A DNA stretch of 64,000 nucleotides, from IMG/VR virus record IMGVR_UViG_3300025626_000016; one strand, 5' to 3'. This DNA is from an uncultured virus (IMG/VR IMGVR_UViG_3300025626_000016) (Duplodnaviria; Heunggongvirae; Uroviricota; Caudoviricetes). Position numbers and translations under genes: made by a program. Positions 1-7,807 of the stretch are shown here, one piece after another (position 1 is the stretch's first letter; the number at the start of each line of letters is the position of its first letter). The notes under the pieces are model-generated. The model made no database searches, was not told the DNA's origin, and saw only the letters and a list, made by a program, of their open reading frames with translations.

Positions 1-1614
1 AAATTCTTTTTGTCCTTTTGTATAATATGCTTTAAAGAATAAATTTTCATCAAACTCTCCAAAGAAATGATCTGATTTACCGATAAAGAATTCAGCGTTT
101 GGATAAATTTCAAGAACCTCTTCTTTTGTAGTTGCCTTTAAAACCGCGTTATCAAAGTCTTTTACGAATTTAGCTTCTGTGACTGATTCACTTAATGAAT
201 TTCTTAGACCACAGTGTGTACATTCTACTGTTCCATCTTTATCAATTTGCTTATATAGGTGTCCTTTTCTATTAGTACACTTAGGTTCGTCTGATTCAGT
301 AACTACTGATTCTTCAATAGTAGCCTCATTATAACTTACAATATCAGAATATTCAATTTCATGTTCTTCTCCGTCTTGGTCCAATGCAAATATTGTTTTA
401 TCTCCCCACATGTCATCATTACTATCGTTGCCATTACCATATGCATAAATAACATACTCTTGTCCGTTTCCTAATTGAATCATACCATCATCAGCTTTCA
501 TAGCTTTCATTAAAGACTTTTTATTATATGATTTCTCATTAAGCGCATCTCCTTCGTCATATGCAAATGACTCAAACATATTAAATGCATTTAGTAAAGC
601 TTGACCTGATGCTTCTTCTTTAATACTCTCTAAATAAAGAGCAGTACCTTCAACAATCCCAATTCCTGACCAACCAGCTGCATTTGCAAGATCACTATAG
701 TGTTTGTCTAAAATTCTTTTTGTAGTAGTAGCACCGATTGTTAAAAAGTGATTACCTAAACCTGCTACTTTTAATTCAAATGAACCTATTCTACCTTTAA
801 TGTTCTTAGATATAACTTTTTCTCTATGAAAGTTAGCATCTGTCATTGCTTCTTCGAAAAGATACTTAATACAACCTAATGTGCCTACTTTATCCATTGC
901 ACCAAAATCTGTTAGTTTCTTAGTAAATAAATTTTTATAGACGGTTAAAACTTTTTTTGCATCTCTTTTATATTGAACTGAAATAGCTTCATTTACTGAA
1001 GTAGTTAAAGATTCAAATGCTGGATAAACATCATCATATCCTTTACCGTAAATATCTGCCATTAACCATTCTTTATTAGCTTCATCCCATAAATATACAA
1101 ATTCGGCACCGCCATCATTTGCAACATCTCTTAAATATTTAGATATATTGGCAACTTTACCTTTAGATGCTGTAAAGTTTCCATAATAATTCATCCCTGT
1201 TGGATCAGCTTCTAAACCTGAATTATCTCCATTTTTAAGAACAATGTTTAGCGGTGAGCCACCCTTTAAATATGTTTTCTTAATAAGCGGTAACACGTTT
1301 TCAGGATATGAATCATAATGCATGTATACAGAAGTGATATTTCCTCTTTTGTCAATTTTACCAATTTGTCCTCTAGTTCCTTCTTCGATTAAAACAACAG
1401 CTTCATTAATCTCAGCTCCTCTTAATTTAGTAAAAAACTCAATTCTTTGCTCTTCGGTTAATTCTTTGATAGAAGTAACTTTAAATTCACTAAGTAAATT
1501 TTTATACGTTTCTGCTTCAGTAGTTCTTTTAGTAGAATTTTCTTCTTCTATTTGCCTAGATCTATTGATTTGCGATTCAGTTGAAAACTGATCAAAAGAT
1601 TTTAATTTATGCAT
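1..1614 (-). CDS. Partial (runs off the window edge) multi-domain protein, putative capsid-packaged polyprotein
   Basis: Not in the ORF track. Manual translation from ATG at 1614 is open to base 1: MHKLKSFDQFSTE...LIEE-GTRGQIGKIDKRGNITSVYMHYDSYPE...SVNE...ALNE...SVVTE...SVTE-AKF. GATATATA motif upstream at 1649-1656. Confidence 0.85.
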   Translation of the reverse strand, partial: MHKLKSFDQFSTESQINRSRQIEEENSTKRTTEAETYKNLLSEFKVTSIKELTEEQRIEFFTKLRGAEINEAVVLIEEGTRGQIGKIDKRGNITSVYMHYDSYPENVLPLIKKTYLKGGSPLNIVLKNGDNSGLEADPTGMNYYGNFTASKGKVANISKYLRDVANDGGAEFVYLWDEANKEWLMADIYGKGYDDVYPAFESLTTSVNEAISVQYKRDAKKVLTVYKNLFTKKLTDFGAMDKVGTLGCIKYLFEEAMTDANFHREKVISKNIKGRIGSFELKVAGLGNHFLTIGATTTKRILDKHYSDLANAAGWSGIGIVEGTALYLESIKEEASGQALLNAFNMFESFAYDEGDALNEKSYNKKSLMKAMKADDGMIQLGNGQEYVIYAYGNGNDSNDDMWGDKTIFALDQDGEEHEIEYSDIVSYNEATIEESVVTESDEPKCTNRKGHLYKQIDKDGTVECTHCGLRNSLSESVTEAKFVKDFDNAVLKATTKEEVLEIYPNAEFFIGKSDHFFGEFDENLFFKAYYTKGQKEF

Positions 1615-1647
1615 AATGATATTATTTTTTTATGTGTTATTATTTTA

Positions 1648-3156
1648 TTATATATCTCCTTCAAAATCTACATTTTTTACATCATATTTAAATTTCTGTT
1701 CCTTGTAGATCCTTTGCCTTTCTTTGGAGTGTCTTATTAGGTAATTATCCCAATCAGGGGAACTTAAATCATCTACAAAATCTATAATATTAACCGAGTC
1801 TTTAGAGCTATGTTGCCTTAAACCCCTACCAATAGATTGTCTAATAATTACTTCTGATTTAAATGATTCTGTGAAGAATATGTTGTGAATTTTTTTGATG
1901 GATATACCAGTTGAGAATGTACCATATGAAGCGACAATGACGACTTGGTTTCCAGCTTCCATTTTCTTTTTGTGTTCTTCTCTAATATCTTTATCAATTC
2001 CACCATCAACATAATAAACGGATTTATCACTCTCCTGTCTGAGCTTTTCATATATTTTTTTGCCATGTTCAATTCTATGAAAAAGAACTAAACTATTACC
2101 CTTAACCCTAGATATAATACTTGTTATAAAATTAAGCCTTCCAGGTGAATTGATCACATAGTTTTGCTCAAATTTAAAAACGTCTTTACTTTCATATCTA
2201 TTCTGAGACATTTCTCTAAATGCGTCTTTTGTAGATTGAGGTGCATAGTCCATTTTAATTACCTTTACTTTACACCCTGCGATGTGTCCTTCGTTTTGTA
2301 AATAATGTGCACTTATTTCTGTAATTAATGGACCAGTATATGCCATTAACGTTAATCTATCTAACGTGCCTTCTTTTGGAATAGTTCCAGATAAACCATA
2401 TTTATAATCTGCATTAATACATTTTTGTAAAATAGTTTTAATAGAGGCTGATTTTGCTTTGTGTGTTTCATCAACAATTACTGCATCAAATTCTTCAAAA
2501 TATGCTTTATCTTTTTTAACAAGTGATTGATATGTCCCAATAATGACATTTCTACCTGCCCTTAATTTTTGACCACTATATATTTGTTGTACTTTAATAT
2601 CTATTGCGTTTCTATAATTATAGTCTAAAAAATCTTCACTAGCCTGTACAACTAATGATACATTAGGTACAATAAATAAGATCTTTTTTGCTTTTTGTTG
2701 TTCTAGTAAATATGATACTGTTAAGAATGATATTAGTGTTTTACCTGCAGAAGTTGCAAGCTCACTTAAACATCTTCTAAATTTTAGTATATTAAATGCT
2801 GCCTCTATTTGATAATCTCTTGGAGTTATCTCTGACTTTTCGAAAAAGTCTAAAGCCCATTTTGTAAATTTTTCTTGATTAATATTGGTATCAAACATGT
2901 CAGTAATACCATTGAGTTTAAACTCAAATTTATATTCTTTACATATTTGCATGACTTCTCTCCATAATCCTGAAGGAATCCATTTATCGTCTTTTATATA
3001 TGAAACATATCCATCCCATAAACCCTTTTTAACCAAAGGATTAAATCGCCATGAATCAATTCTTCTATTTAAAGAAATATTGAGTTGTTCCAGTTCTAAT
3101 TCAGTTGCTTCATCAATACGTAGCAGCTGTTTGTTTTCAGTTAAACTAAGCTCCAC
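1648..3156 (-). CDS. uvsW: UvsW-like SF2 DNA helicase
   Basis: WDG N-terminal motif, PRDYQ Q-motif, ATSAGKT Walker A, DETH, GLSGT, QSIGRGLR; 502 aa, similar in size to T4 UvsW. Confidence 0.92.
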   Translation of the reverse strand: MELSLTENKQLLRIDEATELELEQLNISLNRRIDSWRFNPLVKKGLWDGYVSYIKDDKWIPSGLWREVMQICKEYKFEFKLNGITDMFDTNINQEKFTKWALDFFEKSEITPRDYQIEAAFNILKFRRCLSELATSAGKTLISFLTVSYLLEQQKAKKILFIVPNVSLVVQASEDFLDYNYRNAIDIKVQQIYSGQKLRAGRNVIIGTYQSLVKKDKAYFEEFDAVIVDETHKAKSASIKTILQKCINADYKYGLSGTIPKEGTLDRLTLMAYTGPLITEISAHYLQNEGHIAGCKVKVIKMDYAPQSTKDAFREMSQNRYESKDVFKFEQNYVINSPGRLNFITSIISRVKGNSLVLFHRIEHGKKIYEKLRQESDKSVYYVDGGIDKDIREEHKKKMEAGNQVVIVASYGTFSTGISIKKIHNIFFTESFKSEVIIRQSIGRGLRQHSSKDSVNIIDFVDDLSSPDWDNYLIRHSKERQRIYKEQKFKYDVKNVDFEGDI

Positions 3157-3181
3157 ATTGTTAGAGCATTTTTATTTTTCG

Positions 3182-3604
3182 TTATAGATCTTTTAATGCT
3201 AGTCTATTACGAATGGCAAATCCCATATTATCTAGGGTTTTTACCGAATCTCTAAAAAACTCAACTTGATTTTCTAGATGCGACAGTATCATATTTTCAT
3301 CTGCTAAATCTGTCTCTATAAATCTTTCTTTTTGTTTTTCTCCGAGTTTATAATCATATTCATAGTATCTAATATAAGCTTCTCTATATCTGATGGCTAC
3401 TTTTGCTTTTTGTTCTTTTACCTTCATATTTAAATATGACATTTGTTCCACTAGAGATTGACGCGAAGATAAAACTTCAGCAATTGTTTCTTCCATTAAA
3501 TTTAAGTTTCTCAAACTCTGTGCCAATTTTTTTATATTATTTGTCCACTCAGTTCTTTGTCTGCTTAATTTTCCGTCTAATGCTAGTATGTTTTCTTTAG
3601 TCAT
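3182..3604 (-). CDS. uvsY: UvsY-like recombination mediator
   Basis: 140 aa helical protein with C-terminal KTLDNMGFAIRN, typical of UvsY; adjacent to uvsW. Confidence 0.75.
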   Translation of the reverse strand: MTKENILALDGKLSRQRTEWTNNIKKLAQSLRNLNLMEETIAEVLSSRQSLVEQMSYLNMKVKEQKAKVAIRYREAYIRYYEYDYKLGEKQKERFIETDLADENMILSHLENQVEFFRDSVKTLDNMGFAIRNRLALKDL

Positions 3605-3605
3605 A

Positions 3606-3827
3606 TTAAAATAATGATTTCTTGTTAGGATTTGGTTTAATAAATTTTGATGTTATTTGCCTCTTCTTAAATTTAGGTTTTGGCATTTCCATTTCTGGAG
3701 AATTGACACTAAGATCTAATGGCTTGAAATCTATCAAAAGTTTCATACCCTTAAATCTATCACTGTCTTTTTGGAACTCATCAAAGTTATCCTCAACCAT
3801 GTCGTTAATCGTTTCTATACATACCAT
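3606..3827 (-). CDS. Hypothetical protein (start may be 3800)
   Basis: Fills the gap between primase and uvsY on the coding strand. Confidence 0.6.
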   Translation of the reverse strand: MVCIETINDMVEDNFDEFQKDSDRFKGMKLLIDFKPLDLSVNSPEMEMPKPKFKKRQITSKFIKPNPNKKSLF

Positions 3828-4894
3828 AAATCTAATTGATTAGAAGTGAAATAATTATCGATCTTTTTATGAGCATCGATTTTAAGCTCAAAACACTTCA
3901 ATATTAAATCATTTAGATCCTTAATATTATATGTATCTAGTTTATTTTCACTAAGAAATTTAGTCCACATGAAAACAGGACGTCCTTTTTTTAGCTTTTC
4001 TGCCATCTTCTTTTTACCTGTTGCATCATTATCAAACATGTATCTAACAGTTGGTATCTCATCAAAATCATCTGTTGATCTACCGGCAGTTGCCAAAGCC
4101 AATGAGTTATTCATAAATTTAGCATCTAATGGTCCTTCGAACATTGTTATAGGTCTTTGGAAATTTAATTGCATAATTCCAAAAAGCGTTGATATCTTTG
4201 TAAGAGTGTTTAGTTCCTCGTTACTCATTTCTAATGGCTTACCCATTTCTTCATATAATTTTGGTAAATCATAAGTTAGATATCTTTGACCATATCCTTT
4301 CATTCTACGTGTCTGCGCGCCTATAATTTTACCATCTGTACTATAATTAAGAATCCATAGGCGAAACTCTTTATCTGAATATAGAAATTCTTCGGATCTA
4401 TTATGTAATAACCTATCTTTTAATTGAAACCAAATCCAATCACCGGGTTCTATTACTTTAGCTTTAAAATGTTTCTTGAATTCTTCAACATCAATTGCTA
4501 GATTATGTATCTTTTCTAGTGCTTGGTGTTTCAATACAGACTCTGGGTTTACCTGTATTTTGTTTTGTTTGATGTAATCAATGACCATAAAAGAGTCATT
4601 AGATGTGTCCATCTTAACATCATGATCCTTTAAAAAAGAATATAAATTAGTGTGATAACTGCAATTATAGCAATGGTATTGTAATGTATCCCAAAATATA
4701 TTACCCCTCTTCTTGGTATCATCTGAATGAGAATCGCCACAATATGGACATGCACAGGTTATTCGCCCATGCATGTCCTTTAGTAGCTTCTTATTAGGAG
4801 TGGAATGTATTTGAGATACTACTTGTTTAAGTGCATATCTAATTTTATCCTTTAACTCTTCAGTAAGTTCTATGTTATTAGATGTCGAGGTCAT
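3815..4894 (-). CDS. T4 gp61-like DNA primase
   Basis: Zn finger CPYCGDS...YHCYNC; TOPRIM motifs FEGPLDA and FDND..G; IKDLND. Confidence 0.9.
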   Translation of the reverse strand: MTSTSNNIELTEELKDKIRYALKQVVSQIHSTPNKKLLKDMHGRITCACPYCGDSHSDDTKKRGNIFWDTLQYHCYNCSYHTNLYSFLKDHDVKMDTSNDSFMVIDYIKQNKIQVNPESVLKHQALEKIHNLAIDVEEFKKHFKAKVIEPGDWIWFQLKDRLLHNRSEEFLYSDKEFRLWILNYSTDGKIIGAQTRRMKGYGQRYLTYDLPKLYEEMGKPLEMSNEELNTLTKISTLFGIMQLNFQRPITMFEGPLDAKFMNNSLALATAGRSTDDFDEIPTVRYMFDNDATGKKKMAEKLKKGRPVFMWTKFLSENKLDTYNIKDLNDLILKCFELKIDAHKKIDNYFTSNQLDLWYV

Positions 4895-5798
4895 TCAAGA
4901 AAGAATCTAGATCATCATCTGTTGATACACTTGAAGTTGATTCTGACGTTGATGCCACAGGTGCCGCTGCTGGCTTTTCTTTTACTGCTGTTGCAGTTTT
5001 AGTTGCTGCCTTTGGAGTACTCGATGTCATCGACGCAATAGAATCACCTGGATTAAGATACATTCTTAATACATCATTCACAAATGATCTTGTATCTTCG
5101 TCCCATGCTTGATAATCATATCCTTTTAATGAAGGAGCCGCTTCTAATTCTTCTTTGATAGTAGTCATAGTTTCTTTACTACGTTCTGCCGGAGCATCAC
5201 CCATAATAATAGCTGACTTACTAGAAGAAAATTTAGATGTATCGTAGTTATTATATTCACCTTGTCTAGTGATAACTAACTCAAAGTTTTTACCTTCGAA
5301 CAAATCGAATACTTGTGTTGGTTCACCAAAGTTTGGTTTTAATTCTGCGTCGATCTTTTCTTTAATCTTATATCCAAATTTAAATACCTTGTAAGTACCT
5401 TCTAGTTCTGGATTTTGTGGATCTTTTACGATCTTTACTAAAGAATAGTATTGTTGGCGTCTTTTCAGTTTATCTGAAGATTTTCTATCTACAGCTGAAT
5501 CTGATTTACGCAATTTCCAAAATACATCTGCGATAGGGCATTTTTCTCCGATTGTTGCTGGAGAATCAACTAATTTACCATCGCCACTAGAGTTTGTTAA
5601 CCAGTGTACATATTTTTGGATTAGGGAATTACGAGGGTTTTCTGGATTTGGTACAAAACGTATTAATGCTTTGTAAGTTCCGTCTTTACCGTCGTCTGCG
5701 GTTGGTTTGTAGATCTCGTTAGTAGAACTACTTGCTTGTACTTGATGCGTTTCTACGTCTTCCACGCCCAAGTTAAAAATGTCAAATGAATCACTCAT
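4878..5798 (-). CDS. T4 gp32-like single-stranded DNA-binding protein
   Basis: ALIRFVP, CPI, VKIVKDP, FKFGYKI..KI, FDLFEGKNF, YNNYDTSKF and acidic tail DDDLDSFLNDL. Confidence 0.9.
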   Translation of the reverse strand: MSDSFDIFNLGVEDVETHQVQASSSTNEIYKPTADDGKDGTYKALIRFVPNPENPRNSLIQKYVHWLTNSSGDGKLVDSPATIGEKCPIADVFWKLRKSDSAVDRKSSDKLKRRQQYYSLVKIVKDPQNPELEGTYKVFKFGYKIKEKIDAELKPNFGEPTQVFDLFEGKNFELVITRQGEYNNYDTSKFSSSKSAIIMGDAPAERSKETMTTIKEELEAAPSLKGYDYQAWDEDTRSFVNDVLRMYLNPGDSIASMTSSTPKAATKTATAVKEKPAAAPVASTSESTSSVSTDDDLDSFLNDLDI

Positions 5799-5864
5799 AC
5801 CTTTAAATTGTTTAGTTTGTTAAAATTGTTTACCTTGAAATTACTTTAATGTTCTTTCGTTTCT

Positions 5865-5891
5865 TTATATTGTATAATAATAAATAGTTTC
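5865..5891 (-). promoter_or_regulatory. Putative promoter GAAAC-N17-TATAA upstream of the SSB gene
   Basis: One of 7 copies of (G/T)AAAC-N17/18-TATAA in intergenic or gene-end positions. Confidence 0.6.
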
Positions 5892-6060
5892 AATTAATTG
5901 ATAAGATTCCTCCAGAAGGTTCCTTCCATTTATTCTCCTCTAACTTAATCAGTCCTGATTTGTGAAGTAACTCTGACGCTTGCTTTTCAGTAAGCTGGTT
6001 CGCTATCACCATTTTTTGTAGGATGTTTAATAAACGAAGGTAATCTGTTGTAACTAACAT
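5890..6060 (-). CDS. Small hypothetical protein, 56 aa (MLVTTDYLRLLNILQKMVIANQLTEKQASELLHKSGLIKLEENKWKEPSGGILSIN)
   Basis: Manually translated, below the track cut-off; preceded by overlapping promoter motifs at 6089-6115. Confidence 0.65.
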   Translation of the reverse strand: MLVTTDYLRLLNILQKMVIANQLTEKQASELLHKSGLIKLEENKWKEPSGGILSIN

Positions 6061-6088
6061 GTAATTTATACTTTTGTTATTATACTTA

Positions 6089-6115
6089 TTATATATCTAA
6101 CCTTTAATTTGTTTC
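6089..6115 (-). promoter_or_regulatory. Putative promoter GAAAC-N17-TATAA overlapping a GATATATA motif
   Basis: Minus strand reads GAAACAAATTAAAGGTTAGATATATAA. Confidence 0.55.
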
Positions 6116-6151
6116 ATCTGGGATTAATTTTAATTTTTTTTAAAATAAAAT

Positions 6152-6179
6152 GAAACAGTTTTTCGGTAAGTGCATATAA
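6152..6179 (+). promoter_or_regulatory. Divergent plus-strand copy of the motif, GAAAC-N18-TATAA
   Basis: gaaac 6152-6156 and tataa 6175-6179; points antisense into the resolvase gene. Confidence 0.4.
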
Positions 6180-6206
6180 CAAATGTTAGTTAAGCCAGAA
6201 GTTAGA

Positions 6207-6857
6207 TTAGGCTTGGGGGTTTGAAACGTATGATGCTAGAAAATAAGCGTCCACTAAGTCATCTAATGGCTTCGGGATCTTCTTCCCAATTTCTAGGTCT
6301 TTGACTATTTTCCACAAAGGGCTTTTAGCCAAGATTTGGTCTTCGTTCACATTTTTCTGGTAAGCTTCAAATAATTGTAGTTTATTCATGTTACCCTTAC
6401 CTGCAAACTTCTTAATTGTAGTAGGAGCAACAGTAAGTAAATCTTCTGGATTTAAGGTCTTTAAAAGTTTAAGCTTTAAGATTGCGGCTCCTGCTGCCAT
6501 ATCAATCATATTGTTAGTTCCCATTTTGGAACCATATGATGTACCTTCGAATGCTATGGTGAAACCATCACCCTCAAAAGAATTTTGTAATATTAGGTTG
6601 ATTAAGTCATCAGCCATTTTATCATATCTCTTTACCTTTAAGAGTTCGGCACTTGAGAAAGCTTCATTGTTTGTAAAATCAGGTTGATTAACTAAAGTGA
6701 CATCTTCTAATAGAGAAATCTCTTCTTGAAGTCTTTGTTCTGCTTTAGTTCCTGTTTTAGGTTTTATATAACTAATAAAATGATAACTCTTTTTTTTATC
6801 ATTATATATGGCTAAACCTGGAGAATTTAAAGAAAAATCTACTGCTAAATAATTCAT
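6207..6857 (-). CDS. RuvC-like Holliday junction resolvase
   Basis: N-terminal LAVDFSLNSPG, catalytic E (AFEG), PTTIKKFAGKGN..K and C-terminal DDLVDA acidic motif. Confidence 0.8.
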   Translation of the reverse strand: MNYLAVDFSLNSPGLAIYNDKKKSYHFISYIKPKTGTKAEQRLQEEISLLEDVTLVNQPDFTNNEAFSSAELLKVKRYDKMADDLINLILQNSFEGDGFTIAFEGTSYGSKMGTNNMIDMAAGAAILKLKLLKTLNPEDLLTVAPTTIKKFAGKGNMNKLQLFEAYQKNVNEDQILAKSPLWKIVKDLEIGKKIPKPLDDLVDAYFLASYVSNPQA

Positions 6858-7226
6858 TTACAGTTTTTTACCTAGAGCAGCACCTAATGCGGCGCCTACA
6901 AGTCTAGAAGTTAGTAAATCATAAAATACACCTTTTTGGATACCAAGAACTTTTGCTAGCATTTTACCAATAGATTTCCCTAAAGCAAAACCTGTAAGTC
7001 CACCAATAATCGATCCAAAGAAACCTTCATTAGTCATCTCTTCATTAAGTCTCTCAATATCATAAGAACCATCTTCGTTTTGATATTCTGAGGCAAAAGA
7101 TTCTAACGCCGCATCTATTTTCTCTTCTAACTCTGGAGTCCAAGTTTCTTGAAGTCCCTCATTAATAAGTTCTAAATCCTGTTCGTTAACAGCGTTTTCA
7201 ATTAAATATGTATTAAATGTTTTCAT
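6858..7226 (-). CDS. Putative head-packaged pre-peptide: acidic pro-region plus cationic glycine-zipper C-terminus
   Basis: N-terminus MKTFNTYLIE; residues 1-67 strongly acidic; residues 68-122 GFFGSIIGGLTGFALG...GAALGAALGKKL. Confidence 0.75.
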   Translation of the reverse strand: MKTFNTYLIENAVNEQDLELINEGLQETWTPELEEKIDAALESFASEYQNEDGSYDIERLNEEMTNEGFFGSIIGGLTGFALGKSIGKMLAKVLGIQKGVFYDLLTSRLVGAALGAALGKKL

Positions 7227-7230
7227 GTAT

Positions 7231-7238
7231 TATATATC
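7231..7238 (-). promoter_or_regulatory. Putative late promoter GATATATA (representative copy)
   Basis: GATAWATA also at 1649, 6090, 12279, 21781, 33313, 35512, 36853, 40824, 45499, 51792 and 56686, each shortly upstream of a start codon; analogous to T4 late TATAAATA. Confidence 0.65.
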
Positions 7239-7243
7239 TTATT

Positions 7244-7798
7244 TTATTCTAATTCTAATCTAAGGTTTAATCTATTGTAAAAGAACGTAACTTCAAATGT
7301 TTGAAAAGATGCAACGTTTTCTGCAAAATTTAAATTTAATTCATTAATAGAGTTCATGATACAATCTGTAAATTCCATGTATGCAACTGATGCCCCTTCC
7401 GCATCTAATATTCTTAAAGTTAATGGAGATTCTATATGAGACTGTTTAGTGGATCTAGCATAATACCATAAAAGTGTATCCATCATGATCCAATAATTAA
7501 TAAACCCATCTAGTAATTGCATACTAACCGTGAATTCTCTATTAATTGTATTTTGTATAGGTATTGCACCTCTGTGATACCTTATAGAGCCATCATTATC
7601 TTCTTGTGTTAACGGATTAAAAGAAACACCTGGTATATTAATACCTTGAATGCTATAGTTTATAAAATCCACAGGTTCAGATAATAAACCACCTGGCACA
7701 TTGTTAATGTATTTTTTATATTTATCAGCAACTTCTTTAGGTACAAATCCTCTTGGAAATCTAAAGTCGAATGAATTATTTCTACTATTTAAGATCAT
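7244..7798 (-). CDS. Tail tube terminator / tail completion protein (T4 gp3-like, tube fold)
   Basis: 184 aa with the IQGINIPGV...LTLRILD...F.D....I..L.L......F.VTF.Y pattern of the gp3/gp19 family. Confidence 0.6.
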   Translation of the reverse strand: MILNSRNNSFDFRFPRGFVPKEVADKYKKYINNVPGGLLSEPVDFINYSIQGINIPGVSFNPLTQEDNDGSIRYHRGAIPIQNTINREFTVSMQLLDGFINYWIMMDTLLWYYARSTKQSHIESPLTLRILDAEGASVAYMEFTDCIMNSINELNLNFAENVASFQTFEVTFFYNRLNLRLELE

Positions 7799-7807
7799 CG
7801 TTTTTTA

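Noticed and set aside
6192..6214. aagcc...ggctt inverted repeat as a terminator or small RNA
   Set aside because: Only a 5-bp stem with a 13-nt loop and no clear U-tract.
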